The notes below the pieces were generated by a model. That model made no database searches, was not told where the DNA came from, and worked only from the letters and a program-made list of their open reading frames with translations. Shown in pieces: positions 27,125-37,724 of a stretch of DNA of 45,595 nt. The translations under genes were made by a program, and so were the position numbers. The DNA comes from Rhodoferax sp. (lineage in GTDB: Bacteria > Pseudomonadota > Gammaproteobacteria > Burkholderiales > Burkholderiaceae_C): the NCBI GenBank assembly GCA_028292305.1, contig JAQGMQ010000331.1, positions 1 through 45,595 of the forward strand, read 5' to 3'. Within the stretch, counting starts at the first letter, position 1; the number at the start of each line of letters is the position of its first letter.

Positions 27125-28926
27125 ACTATCTCCGTTGGTCTATCCTCGTCGTGTTCGCCATCGCCTGTTTTACCGTGGTTGCGTCCTGGGTGCTGGTGTG
27201 CGGGCTGCATCTGCAATCGGCCTATCCTGGCGTCTGGCGCTGGCAGTGGTGGCTGTATCTTGTCGTCGCCCCTGCTGATGCGTCCCCGGCCGAGACTGCG
27301 CTGATCGCCAAATGGCTTGGCTATGGGGCGGCAATCGGGGCGCTATTCGGCCTGGCACCCATGGTCGCATTCGCCATCAAGCAGGGCAGGCCGCGGCTTC
27401 GTAAACTGGTCGGCACCATGACTGCCCCCGAACCCGAACGCGCCAACAGCCGCGTCCACGACGACGCCCGCTGGATGACCATGGACGAGGCGCAGCAGGT
27501 GTTCGTCGGCCCCGGTCGTTGGGGCGGCATTCCGGTGGCAGAGGCGTACCGGCCAGATCAGGACCGCACGGCCAAGGCGTTTGACGAGGATGAAGCCAAA
27601 ACGTGGGGAATGGGTGGCAAAGCTCCGCTGCTGCAAACGCCGCTGACCCATGGCGCAACGCTCGGAATTATCATTGGTGGCAGCGGGAGTTTCAAAACGG
27701 TCGGCTTCACCCTGCCCTGCTGTGCAGCATGGCGCGGCTCGATAGTTGTCTTGGACCCATCATCTCAAGTCGGGCCTATGGTCACAGACATGCGCGAGGG
27801 CATGGGCCACACGGTCGCCCTGGTAGACTACAAACACCCCGAGCGCGGCAGCTTCAACGTGTTGGATTGCCTGGACCTCTACACCGCCGCCCCCGAGGTC
27901 CAGATTGCGGAGTTCGTGGACTGGGCCTTTGCCAGCACCAAGGGCACCGACGCAAAGCAGGATCCGTTCTTCGTGCCAGCCGCCAAAGAGATGGCATGCA
28001 CAATCCTCGCTGACCTGTTGGCCGACAACACCGTTCCAGCCAACCGCCGCAACGTGCGCGAATGGCGCCAGCGAATGACCATCCCCGAACCCGAAATGCG
28101 CAGGCAGTTGGAGAACATCTTTGCCGAAAGCCGCAGCAGCTACGCACGCGAGATGGCCGGCACGATGATGAGGACACCCGACAAGACGTTCGGCTCGATC
28201 TACAAAGTCATGACGACCGAAACCAAATGGCTGTCGATCCCCGCCTTTGCCGATCTGCTGTCCGGTTCGACGTTCAACCCGCGTGACCTACGCGACGGCA
28301 ACCTGACCGTCATCATCCAAGCCGATGATACGATGCGTTCAGCGCCGGCTATGGGCCGCGTGATTGTGGGCAGTCTGGCGCGTGTGGTCAGCCGGGCTAA
28401 GGGTGAAACAGCGTCGCCAGTGCCGTTCATTCTGGACGAGATGCACTCGCTGGGTCACATGCAGATACTGGCTGAAATGCGTGATCAGGGCCGGAAAATG
28501 GGGGTTCACCTGTTCCCGATGTGGCAATCTATCGGCCAGATTGAGGAAACCTGGGGCAAAGAGGGCAAGAAATCGTGGTACAGCAGCGCGGCCTGGCGCA
28601 TGTACGCCATGGTGAACGACGCTGAGACGGCGAAGGAAGTGTCCGAACGCTGCGGGACATACACGGCGCTCACCCGCACGGAAGGCCAGTCAGTGAGCCG
28701 GCAGGGCATGATGGGGCGCAACACCCGAGGGACGAACGATAACGTCTCCACGGCGCGCGTTGACCTGATCAGCCCGTATCAGGTGCAGACGGCGATGCGA
28801 CCGGACGAGGCGATTATCATTCCTCGCACGGGGCGCGCGCTGCGGTGTGGTCGGCCGCTGTGGTTTAGGCGTCCGGAAATGCGGGCGCGGATTCTGCCGG
28901 ATGTGATGCGGAAGGGGGCTGCTTAG
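27121..28926 (+). CDS. virD4: Type IV coupling protein (VirD4/Ti-type TraG)
   Basis: N-terminal TMs, GGSGSFKT, LDP, FILDE, QSIGQI, ETAKEVSERCG. Confidence 0.9.
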   Translation: MNYLRWSILVVFAIACFTVVASWVLVCGLHLQSAYPGVWRWQWWLYLVVAPADASPAETALIAKWLGYGAAIGALFGLAPMVAFAIKQGRPRLRKLVGTMTAPEPERANSRVHDDARWMTMDEAQQVFVGPGRWGGIPVAEAYRPDQDRTAKAFDEDEAKTWGMGGKAPLLQTPLTHGATLGIIIGGSGSFKTVGFTLPCCAAWRGSIVVLDPSSQVGPMVTDMREGMGHTVALVDYKHPERGSFNVLDCLDLYTAAPEVQIAEFVDWAFASTKGTDAKQDPFFVPAAKEMACTILADLLADNTVPANRRNVREWRQRMTIPEPEMRRQLENIFAESRSSYAREMAGTMMRTPDKTFGSIYKVMTTETKWLSIPAFADLLSGSTFNPRDLRDGNLTVIIQADDTMRSAPAMGRVIVGSLARVVSRAKGETASPVPFILDEMHSLGHMQILAEMRDQGRKMGVHLFPMWQSIGQIEETWGKEGKKSWYSSAAWRMYAMVNDAETAKEVSERCGTYTALTRTEGQSVSRQGMMGRNTRGTNDNVSTARVDLISPYQVQTAMRPDEAIIIPRTGRALRCGRPLWFRRPEMRARILPDVMRKGAA

Positions 28927-30542
28927 GATTCAGCAACGCCCCATCGCATATCGCCTTGATCGTCAGGCCGCTCTAGCCAGCCTTCAAACAACAATCTGTC
29001 GGGCTGATTTGGATGCCACGATGCGCGGCAGAATTTGCTTCCTCGGTCTCGTGCAGCATCGGCCTGCGCATGATACCAAGCCGCCTTCATCTCTGCGGTG
29101 AATTTGCCCGTCGTCTCCGCTACGTAAAAAGGCTCGGGGCTGGCGGTCACGGTGCCGTCCCTCTGAAGAATGCCGCCACGTCTTTCCACGGCTGGTAGGT
29201 TGGGCTTCCGGTCCAGAATGCCACATCTTCGGCAGTCCATGGCCCTGATGGGATATCCATGCCGGTGCAGATTTCTTCGTCTAGCGGCCAAGAGCGGCGG
29301 GGTCTGGCGGTTTCGGAAACGCTATCGGTCACGACAGTTCCCCCGTCTCCACAAACCGCTGAAGGTAAGGCAGCATGGCCGCGACTTCCTCCCTGCTGAG
29401 ATGCATTCGCGTGTTAGCGATGTGGACGACGCCGTATGGCCCGTTCTGCTCCAGCGGCACATCGGTCCAACCGCCCGCGCCCGGTGCAAACCGCTTTAGC
29501 CCAATGTCATTGCAGCCAAGCCAGATGCAATCCTCTGTGGCGAGTGAGGACTTTTGTAGGGAGCAATCCACCCCATTGCGATCCTTGAAGGCCATGCGGT
29601 CAAAACCGCGCTCAGTCTTGCCGATTGTCATCTGTTCATCACTCATTGCCACCATCCTCCTGTTCAACCGCCTCCCCATCCCCACACCGATCCGAAGCCG
29701 ACGTAACCCGCCAACGCACCGGATCAGCATCCCGCCGCCCATCATCAGCCCCCGGCGACGGCGCCCATCGCGTGCAATACCCCGACATCGCCCACCATTC
29801 GGCCGACTTCCCCTGCTTATACGCCGGCTTCACGCCACCATCCGGCATCAGCCAATGGATGCAGTGCGCGCATGATACAGCGCCGTCCTCACCATCTTCC
29901 ACCGCCTGACCCGAGCCGCACCGGTCCAGCTTCGCCACCGTGGGCCAGCGCACCGTCTCATATTGCTCCGTGGACGTGCCAGGTGCATGACGATGGCAGG
30001 TGCTGGCAAGGGGGCCGTAGAACGCGCAATCGGCACACGTCGCGGGGAGTGCCATCAGATTGCCCGGCCCTTGCTGCCGTCCCGCTCATGCGCCCAACGC
30101 TGCGCCAACTGGGCCAGTGCCACCGTCTCTTTCGGCTCTTGGCGCACGGCTGATTGCTTCATGCGGGCGGCGTCTCGTTGGGCCTGAGATGGCATGTCGA
30201 ACAACGACGGCTGGTGACTCTCGCGTTCTAGCTTAGCCGCAGGTGGCTCCACGATGCCGTATTTGGATCGGGCTGCGGCGGTGATCGCGAGGGTTTGGGC
30301 GCGTTCGGCGGGGGTTTGTCGGGTGATGTCGTCGGGGGATGTCATCGTGCTTTCCCCAAATCAAATGAACGACGCGGGCACATCGGCCCTTGGCATGTCT
30401 TTTCCGACCCAGGCGGGCAAATGCAGCCATGTGGCGCGACCGTCTGAGCGGGATAAGCCGGTCGCGTATATTGCCGGACCTCGCTCATGCGGCATGGGCA
30501 CAACGGTTCACCGTTCTGCGGTCCTATGCATGCACAACTCAT
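28923..30542 (-). other. Six small coupled phage-type genes downstream of the relaxase (28923-29150, 29147-29332, 29329-29646, 29639-30055, 30055-30345, 30342-30542)
   Basis: Overlapping start/stop codons; includes FKDRNGVDCSLQKSSLATEDCIWLG...RMHLSREEVAAMLPYLQRF and Cys-rich proteins (CADCAFY, CACIGPQNGEPLCPC). Confidence 0.6.
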
Positions 30543-33500
30543 AGCCCCTTCCCTTTCTCTTTCTGCACCGCCGCCTGCTTGGCAGCCTCCCGCGCCGCCG
30601 CCTGTGCCTGCTCCTGCATATCCCGCTGCGACTGATGCACCACCCGACGCCCGGCATCCCGCTGCGTCTGCGTCGGCTCTTTCTGTTTCTCCGGCATCGC
30701 AATTCCCTCCTGTGTCAGCCGCGCCTCGATCACCGCCCGCAAAGCCGCAGCCCCATGAACCACAGACCAATCGTTCCAGTCGGTGCCCTTCTCGCCAGCC
30801 GCGAACGTCGGCAACAGCACGACGCCACCAACCGCAGCGGCAGCAGCTTCGGCCTTCTCCACGCCAACGTTCGGCAATGGCAGATCCCGCCGCGGCAAAT
30901 GGTGGTCGTTGTCGGCAGCAAAGATGATCGGCGCATCCGGGTATTTGTCCCGCAGCGCCTTTGCCACCGACATCAAGTTCCCGCCGTTGAACGCGACCAC
31001 GGCATCCAGCCCGCTTGCCTCGCGCACCGACGCCATCGTGGCAAAGCCCTCGCCAATGACGATCGGACGCCTGCCATCGATCTCGCCCAGCGTCGCGAAC
31101 AACCCGTGCATCCGGCCGTTCTTCAGGAACAGCTTCTCGCCGTCTGCCCCGATGGTCTGAACCGAGTGCAGATACCCGGCCACGTCCCGCATCTGAACGA
31201 CCAGATTTCCAGCCTTGTCCTGCCGTAGCCCATGAGCGTGGATGCCTTTGCGCTCCAGATACGGGTGATGCTTGACCGGCTTGGCGTTCTGCCAGATCGC
31301 ATACGCCTTCTTCCCGGCTGCTAATTCGTCGGCCATGTCCTTTGCCGCACGCAGGTTCTGCCGAGCTTCCATGTCGCGGCGCTGTTCCGCCGTGATCGCC
31401 GGCATGGCCCCGCTGGCTTTCCAACTGGTTTCCAGCCCCTGCTTGTAGTTCGAGATCCACCCGGCTGGGCGGCCGTCGAGATAGCCGCGATACCGCGCCG
31501 ATTGGCTCTTGCCCTTGTCGCCCTCAGCCTTCGCCCGATGCCAGCGCCCGTCCATGACAGGTGGCCCCTGCACCATCACGCCGGCCACCCGCAGCGCATC
31601 GGAGAACTCAGCCCGTGCCGCATCTACATCCACGATCCGATCCACCTTTCGCTCTTTAGGCCGCTGCGCTAATGGCCGAACCATCCGCGCTTCTAAGGGT
31701 TTTGTCGCCTTTATCGTACGACGCTTGATGGCGCCGATCAACGCATTGTTCGGGGCAGGCGGCGAATAACCGGGCGGTCCTTTGGCGGGTTCGGCGGCAA
31801 TTTCCTGTTGGTATCGCGCTGCATTATGCGATGTGACCGCAGCGGCATGAACGTCTACGGCCCGACCGAGGAAATCAACGGCAAGGGTTTTGGCCGGCTT
31901 GCGGCTTAGGTTGCGCGCCATGTTCTCAAGTATTGCGCCCTGCAATTGCTCGGTCGTGGCGGATGCAAGCCAGGGATCGCCCAGCGGACGCCTCGCCTTC
32001 ACCTCCTCCTTCTCGGCGCCATGGCTGACGATCAGCACGCTGTCGTGGGTGTTGCGTGTGTCGGCGGGATACATTTTGAACGCGTTTATTTGCTGCGTTC
32101 CGGCTGGTAGCGCGGTGATGTGGTCGGTCAACGTCGCCCCTTGTCGGGCGTCGATCGTCAGCGCGTGGCCGTATGCAATCATGATCCGGCCAGTGTCGGG
32201 GCAGCGCAGAGAGTCCCACTTCACCTTGCCGACGCGTCCGTTCTCGCGCTGAAGCATCAGGCCGTCTTTGTCCATGCCCGTCACAAGCGCCGTGGTGCCG
32301 TTCTCTCCGAAGCGCCCATGCTCGCCGTTGCCGTAAGAGGCGTTGACCCGCTTGAACAGCCGCACCCGGTCGCCAGTTGCCACGGCCAGATCGGTCTGCA
32401 CGCCCGACTGATCGACTGCCGGCACACGCCAATCGGAGCCAGCGATCTCGCCTCGCGCTATCTGTCTGCGCCGGATTTCCAACCCGACCGCCAGCACATC
32501 GCTGTTCGTCGGGACAGAGATGCCGAGCGTGTAGTCCGCGCGGCCAGTGTTGGCTTCCTTGCGCCGCTCCCATTCGTCCACTGTCGCTTTGATCGTGTCG
32601 GTGTAGCCGCCTGGCACGATGCTCAACAGGCCGGCAGCAAGTTTCCGATCCAAAGCCGGCGCTGCCTTGCCCTCGCGGAACAGGCGGGCGGTTTCGCGGT
32701 CCTCTAGGCGCTTCTGGCGCACCGTTTCTAGGAGTTCCGGCACCTGATCTTTGCCGAGCGCGTGACGGAACAGGTTGACGGTGTTGCCGGCTTCGATTGA
32801 TTGGCACTGCTCCGGATCGCCTAGGCCGGCAATTTTGAAGCCGTATTTGGCCTGCAACCGCGCGAGGTCGAGGATCTGACGGGTGCTGATGGTCGCCACC
32901 TCATCCACCACGACGATGGACTTGGCATCCAACGCCAGCTTGCCTTTCTGCGCCGCCTTGATGAACGGTGTCAGCGCCAACGCGTTTTCCTCGCTGACAC
33001 CCGCCTCCACCAGCTTGGACGTGTCGGGTTCCATGTGAAGAACCTTCTTGTCCCGTTTGCGAACACCCGCCTCTTTCAGCCCGTGCGTCTGCCGCCACGC
33101 CAGGGTGATACCGTACGACTGCCAGCCTTCCGCGTGGTAGGCTTCTAGGACCGGCGTTATGAGCGCGGTCTTTCCACTCCCGGCCACGCCGATGCCGACA
33201 ACCGCTCGCCCTGCCGTTGCGAGGCTGTCGATCATCACCCGCTGATGTGCGCCGTGGCCCGTGGTGAAGTCGTAAGGCCGATCACCGGCCGCAACACGCT
33301 TCTCGTTCACGCGCACAATGGCGGCGTCGATTTGCTCGCGTGTCAGCGACGCCGACTTGTCAGCCGCCGCAGTCCGCAGCAGGCCGATCGCCTCCATCTC
33401 ATGGTCAACGTGCAGTTCCGTCGTCACCGTGGCCCAGCGTTTGCCTTCTTCCGCGAGCCATTGGACCTTCGTGTGCCGCTTGTCCTGGGTGATGCCGTCC

Positions 33501-34786
33501 GTGCGGTACATCGCCGTCACGGCATCCACGTCGGCCGGGGATTCAATGCCGGACGCGATGAGACTGCGCGCTGCCCAGGTCCGCATGGTTGAACCGTCCA
33601 GCGTCGAGCGTTTGACGAACTCCGCATCGAGGAACGGCAGGCCGGCAGCGTGGGCTGTGGCGATGCGTTGGTCCCGCGCGGGTAGACTCCATTTTTCGTC
33701 AGGGCGCAGGACGCTGCGGTGATTGTAGCCGGCATCGGCTGCGCGCTTGTGCCATGCGGCATAGTCGGCGGCACCGTCACCCTTAGCCTGTCGCGATGCG
33801 GCTACGTTCTTGGTGATGAATACCCGCTTGCGGTCAGCATCCATCCCATCCCAGTCGTGCCCATGATCGGCCGCATACCGCCGCGCCAGTTCTTCCCCAA
33901 GGTCGGCCCGGCTTTGGAACAGGTCGGTTGCACATCGGGGCACATCGGACAGGCGAGACAGACCAACCTTGGCGTCGATCTCGACGTTGACGCCGGCCTC
34001 TCTGAGATAGGTTGCCAAGTAGGCGTGGCCGATGGCGCCCCATTCGTGGATGCGCTCGCGGGTTTCATCAAGGTTCGGCGTCAGCACCCGCCCGTCCTCA
34101 GTCGCCGCCGCATGGATGAAAATGTTGTGCGTGTGCCGGTTCATGTCGCCTGGCACGTTCTCGGGGATGGTCATCAACTCGGTGTCGATCACCCCGCCCT
34201 CTGTCACTGGCAGCTTGATCGTCGGGCGGCTGGTGTAGTGGTGGTAACTGACTACGGCCAAGTGACCGAGGACGCTTCCTTTGCTGCCGGCGTGACCTTG
34301 CTCGGCTTTGCCGATCTGGCTGGCTATGTGCCGGTTGAGCGCGTTGTTGGCTCGCATCCACGCCGTCTCAAGCGCGGCTTTCTCTGATTCCGATTTAGAC
34401 AACGCCAGCGCCACAGAAAACGACTTGGGAGCAGAAAAGCAGAAGTCGGTATAGGCGATCATCGACTTGCCCTTGGCGGACTTCTGCTGCTGCTTGCCGG
34501 GGATATCCAGTCCGTCTGCCCGTTGCCCCGACAGCAGCCGCGCCATCTCGGCCTCTGTAAGCGAGCGCGTGGGGTCAATACCCAAAGCGGAGGCAATCAA
34601 CGGGTGCATGTCCCGCGCTGGAACTGCCGATGTGCGCCCTTCGATCTCAGGCCCGAAGTGTTCGCCTAGGTAGGACGCCAGGTGCTTGGACAGCGCCGGC
34701 ACGTCCAGTTCACTCGCATAGTAGCCAGCCATGCGCCCGGCTGCGGCAGCCATTCCAGCCGCACCAGTGCGGTAACTCAGGACCAT
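30539..34786 (-). CDS. MOBF/TrwC-type relaxase fused to SF1 helicase and TraC-like TOPRIM primase
   Basis: N-terminal GYY, DFCFSAPKSFS, HHYTSR, DMNRHTHN (HUH); GVAGSGKT, VVDE, GDPEQ; C-terminal HPYLERKGI, IGEGFAT, AADND, TDWND. Confidence 0.92.
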   Translation of the reverse strand: MVLSYRTGAAGMAAAAGRMAGYYASELDVPALSKHLASYLGEHFGPEIEGRTSAVPARDMHPLIASALGIDPTRSLTEAEMARLLSGQRADGLDIPGKQQQKSAKGKSMIAYTDFCFSAPKSFSVALALSKSESEKAALETAWMRANNALNRHIASQIGKAEQGHAGSKGSVLGHLAVVSYHHYTSRPTIKLPVTEGGVIDTELMTIPENVPGDMNRHTHNIFIHAAATEDGRVLTPNLDETRERIHEWGAIGHAYLATYLREAGVNVEIDAKVGLSRLSDVPRCATDLFQSRADLGEELARRYAADHGHDWDGMDADRKRVFITKNVAASRQAKGDGAADYAAWHKRAADAGYNHRSVLRPDEKWSLPARDQRIATAHAAGLPFLDAEFVKRSTLDGSTMRTWAARSLIASGIESPADVDAVTAMYRTDGITQDKRHTKVQWLAEEGKRWATVTTELHVDHEMEAIGLLRTAAADKSASLTREQIDAAIVRVNEKRVAAGDRPYDFTTGHGAHQRVMIDSLATAGRAVVGIGVAGSGKTALITPVLEAYHAEGWQSYGITLAWRQTHGLKEAGVRKRDKKVLHMEPDTSKLVEAGVSEENALALTPFIKAAQKGKLALDAKSIVVVDEVATISTRQILDLARLQAKYGFKIAGLGDPEQCQSIEAGNTVNLFRHALGKDQVPELLETVRQKRLEDRETARLFREGKAAPALDRKLAAGLLSIVPGGYTDTIKATVDEWERRKEANTGRADYTLGISVPTNSDVLAVGLEIRRRQIARGEIAGSDWRVPAVDQSGVQTDLAVATGDRVRLFKRVNASYGNGEHGRFGENGTTALVTGMDKDGLMLQRENGRVGKVKWDSLRCPDTGRIMIAYGHALTIDARQGATLTDHITALPAGTQQINAFKMYPADTRNTHDSVLIVSHGAEKEEVKARRPLGDPWLASATTEQLQGAILENMARNLSRKPAKTLAVDFLGRAVDVHAAAVTSHNAARYQQEIAAEPAKGPPGYSPPAPNNALIGAIKRRTIKATKPLEARMVRPLAQRPKERKVDRIVDVDAARAEFSDALRVAGVMVQGPPVMDGRWHRAKAEGDKGKSQSARYRGYLDGRPAGWISNYKQGLETSWKASGAMPAITAEQRRDMEARQNLRAAKDMADELAAGKKAYAIWQNAKPVKHHPYLERKGIHAHGLRQDKAGNLVVQMRDVAGYLHSVQTIGADGEKLFLKNGRMHGLFATLGEIDGRRPIVIGEGFATMASVREASGLDAVVAFNGGNLMSVAKALRDKYPDAPIIFAADNDHHLPRRDLPLPNVGVEKAEAAAAAVGGVVLLPTFAAGEKGTDWNDWSVVHGAAALRAVIEARLTQEGIAMPEKQKEPTQTQRDAGRRVVHQSQRDMQEQAQAAAREAAKQAAVQKEKGKGL

Positions 34787-35028
34787 TAGGCGTCGTCAGC
34801 CTCGCCTAGCGCGGCGGTGATTACCTCACGCAATAGCGTGATCTCGTTGGTCTGAGACTGGATCGCGTCGGTCAGCAAAGCGAATGCCAGCCGCAACGCC
34901 TCGTCTCGGGCGGTCTGCTCTCGGGAGAATGCCTGAAAATCCATCATGGGGCAGGAGCCTCTAAGGGTTTCCGACACCTTGTCGCATCTCCCTTCGACCA
35001 TTTCAATGGTCACTTGGTATGGTGTCAT
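34786..35028 (-). CDS. Small protein upstream of the relaxase (possible relaxosome accessory)
   Basis: TAATG coupling to the relaxase; position only. Confidence 0.45.
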   Translation of the reverse strand: MTPYQVTIEMVEGRCDKVSETLRGSCPMMDFQAFSREQTARDEALRLAFALLTDAIQSQTNEITLLREVITAALGEADDA

Positions 35029-35034
35029 CCTGCA

Positions 35035-35135
35035 CTTACCCTCGCCTAAACGCTTTCCGAGACGCACTTAAACACTTCCTAACCACTTCGTAAGCGTTTG
35101 GTTAACGGTTTAGACTACACTTCATCAACGGGATG
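35035..35135. other. Candidate oriT
   Basis: AT-richer gap between divergent mob operons; AAACGCTT/AAACACTT/AACCACTT repeats with an inverted AAGCGTTT. Confidence 0.5.
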
Positions 35136-35149
35136 TGCTTGTCTGCGCC

Positions 35150-35530
35150 ATGGACGACAAGCAGATGCAGCAGATCAGGAAGGTGGCGGCATCTCACTCG
35201 ACGCGGTCCAAACTGTTTCGCTGGATGCTGAAGCGCCATGACGAATTAGCGGCGATGTTTCGGGATGAGCGGCCGGCTTGGAAGCCATTGGCCGACGAGT
35301 TCAACAAGCTGAAACTGGCGCCGGATGGAAAAGAGATCACGGCGCAGGTGGCTCGGCACACGTACTGGCGGGTAAGGCGGCATGTAGCAATTGCAACGCG
35401 CAATGCGCCCGCAAAACCGATGGTGGTCCAAATGCCAGCGTCAGATCCGGCCAAGATTCAGAACGAACCACAAGGTGGCGACCTGATGGCAGATGTCTGG
35501 AGCCAGATTAACAAACGATCGGGGAGGTGA
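35150..35530 (+). CDS. TraK/MobC-like oriT-binding protein
   Basis: SKLFRWM...RPAWKPLADEF...ARHTYWRVR; divergent from the relaxase. Confidence 0.5.
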   Translation: MDDKQMQQIRKVAASHSTRSKLFRWMLKRHDELAAMFRDERPAWKPLADEFNKLKLAPDGKEITAQVARHTYWRVRRHVAIATRNAPAKPMVVQMPASDPAKIQNEPQGGDLMADVWSQINKRSGR

Positions 35531-35534
35531 GGCT

Positions 35535-36272
35535 GTGGCTGAGAACAGCAAGATTGAGTGGACTACCCACACGTTTAATCCTTGGGTCGGCTGCACCAAG
35601 ATCAGCCCGGCCTGTGACCATTGCTATGCAGAAGGGTGGGCCAAGCGGACTGGCGGCGCTGCGCTGTGGCAGGGCGAGCGGCGGCGCACGACACCGGAGA
35701 ACTGGCGCAAGCCGCTAAAATGGAATGCTGCCGCCTTTGCCAGCAGCGTGCGCCCTCGCGTGTTCTGCGCCTCGCTGGCCGACGTGTTTGACAACCAGAT
35801 ACCTGCCGAGTGGCGGTCAGACTTATGGCACCTAATTGCGCAGACACCCTGGCTGGACTGGTTATTGCTGACCAAGCGCCCCCAGCTTGTCGCCAGGATG
35901 GCACCAGACAAATGGTGGAGTGGGTGGGATCATGTCTGGCTGGGCGCGACGGCAGAGAACGCCACCGAGGCGCAGCGGCGCGTCCCGTATCTGCAAGCAT
36001 CTCACGCTCGCACTCGCTTCCTATCCTGCGAGCCATTGCTTGAGGGAATCACGCCGGACCTCGTCGGAATTGACTGGCTAATTTGTGGCGGGGAAAGCGG
36101 TGGCGGGGCGCGGGATATGGATCCGACCTGGGCGCGTTCACTCCGCGATCAGTGCGCCGGTACGGGAACGGCGTTCTTTATGAAACAGATGGCGCGCAAA
36201 GCCGAAATTCCCCCTGACCTGCTGGTGCGTCAATTCCCACCATCCACGCCGCAGTTTGCGGCTGTCGCCTAA
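35535..36272 (+). CDS. Phage Gp37/Gp68 (DUF5131) radical-SAM-like protein
   Basis: SKIEWTTHTFNPWVGCTKISPACDHCYAE, LLTKRP, SCEPLL, GGESG, FFMKQ. Confidence 0.9.
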   Translation: MAENSKIEWTTHTFNPWVGCTKISPACDHCYAEGWAKRTGGAALWQGERRRTTPENWRKPLKWNAAAFASSVRPRVFCASLADVFDNQIPAEWRSDLWHLIAQTPWLDWLLLTKRPQLVARMAPDKWWSGWDHVWLGATAENATEAQRRVPYLQASHARTRFLSCEPLLEGITPDLVGIDWLICGGESGGGARDMDPTWARSLRDQCAGTGTAFFMKQMARKAEIPPDLLVRQFPPSTPQFAAVA

Positions 36273-36291
36273 CCCCCAACCGGAGCCACCC

Positions 36292-37056
36292 ATGCCCAAA
36301 GAATCCCTAACCCTTGAAAAACCCAAGACCACCGAAACCCCACCCGTCCTCGTCGTCGGCCTAGGCCGCGGCTCAGTCGGCAAATCCACATGCCTGGCCG
36401 AACTCGTCTGGCGCGCACAGGCCGCGGGCCGTGATCCGATCGTGGCCGACTTCGACCCCAAGAGCCGCACGCTGTCGATGATGTTCCCCGGCGCCGCAAC
36501 GCCAGCGACGGAGGAAACCGCCGACATGAAAGAGGCGATGACCGGGCTGCTCAACCAGATGGTGTCCACCCGCCGATCTGCGGTGCTGGACCTGGGAACC
36601 GGCGAACGGGCGCTGGTCGAGTATGGCCGCGACATGCCGTTGGTGAAGTTCTGCGAGCGCCGGGGCATCGAACCGGTGGCGCTGTTCGTGATGGGACCGG
36701 ATGACGAGGACTGGCGGCATGTGGAAAGCATCTGGAAAACGGGCGCGTTCAACCCGTCGCGCGTGATCCTGGCGCTGAACGAGGGCGTGGTGAAGGGCGG
36801 CATGACGGTCGCGGGCGCGTTCAATCGGACGATCAACCAGCCGGGGTTCAAGGCAATGATGGAGGCCGGGGCAAAGTTTCTGCTGGTGCAGCGGCTGGCG
36901 GCGATGGCTGCGGCGAAGGAAACCGGTGCGAGCTTCTACGATATTGCAATCGGTAAAGTGGCGCAGGATCCGGTGACGGAGTTCATGACAGAGACGTGGC
37001 TGGGGGATATGGAGGCGCGGCGGCTTCAGGCGAAGGTGACGGAGTGGCTGCCCTGA
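36292..37056 (+). CDS. ParA-like P-loop ATPase (TraL/MobD-like)
   Basis: GRGSVGKST deviant Walker A, ADFDP, VLDLG. Confidence 0.7.
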   Translation: MPKESLTLEKPKTTETPPVLVVGLGRGSVGKSTCLAELVWRAQAAGRDPIVADFDPKSRTLSMMFPGAATPATEETADMKEAMTGLLNQMVSTRRSAVLDLGTGERALVEYGRDMPLVKFCERRGIEPVALFVMGPDDEDWRHVESIWKTGAFNPSRVILALNEGVVKGGMTVAGAFNRTINQPGFKAMMEAGAKFLLVQRLAAMAAAKETGASFYDIAIGKVAQDPVTEFMTETWLGDMEARRLQAKVTEWLP

Positions 37057-37448
37057 CCACTGACGAATTCCGCGACACGATGGCGGCTGCCGGCATCACC
37101 CCCGGCAAGCCGCTCTACGCCGTCATGGTCGCACTGCACGAAATGGCTGACGGTGCCCGCGGCCTAACACCGGACGGCGAGCGGGCGCTGATTGCGCGCG
37201 TCACAGGGGCCATCATGACCGGGGCCGAAGCGGTGGGGGCATCAGCCTACCGACACTCCCGCACGCGGCTTCTGGTGGCTCTGGTGGCAGCTTTTGGACT
37301 GGCGATGGCGGCTGGTGGCGGCTTGGCTTACCTGATGATCCCCGGCAGCCAGGCCGAAGTCATGGTGGGGGCGTATTGCCTGTCGCACGCGTTCGATCAG
37401 GCTGGCGGGTTGGTGTGCCAGCTTCCCCCGGTGTGGCTGCGGCGGTAG
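37044..37448 (+). CDS. TraM/MobE-like membrane protein
   Basis: C-terminal TM helix; follows the TraL-like ATPase. Confidence 0.45.
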   Translation: MAALTTDEFRDTMAAAGITPGKPLYAVMVALHEMADGARGLTPDGERALIARVTGAIMTGAEAVGASAYRHSRTRLLVALVAAFGLAMAAGGGLAYLMIPGSQAEVMVGAYCLSHAFDQAGGLVCQLPPVWLRR

Positions 37449-37724
37449 GAGGCGGCATGACACAGGAACACGCCCAAAGCCTGCTGCGCGCGGTTAAGGT
37501 TCTGCTACACCTGCGGGAACTGATGCGGTCGCAGGAGGGATGCCGCACGGAAGTGGTCGAGGCTGCGTATTCCTTCGCTGCCAAAGCCGTGGACAGGGCC
37601 GAAAAGGGCGACGAGTGAGGCATTTCCCGGCTTATATGTCAGCGCGCACGGAACGATAACGCCCGATAACCAAGATTATCGAGCGCAATCAAATACCGTT
37701 ACCGTGCATTAGATGTAGCCCGCC

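Noticed and set aside
36292-37056. Plasmid partition system (ParABS)
   Set aside because: No ParB or centromere-like repeats seen. The position across oriT from the relaxase fits a TraL/MobD-like accessory ATPase better.
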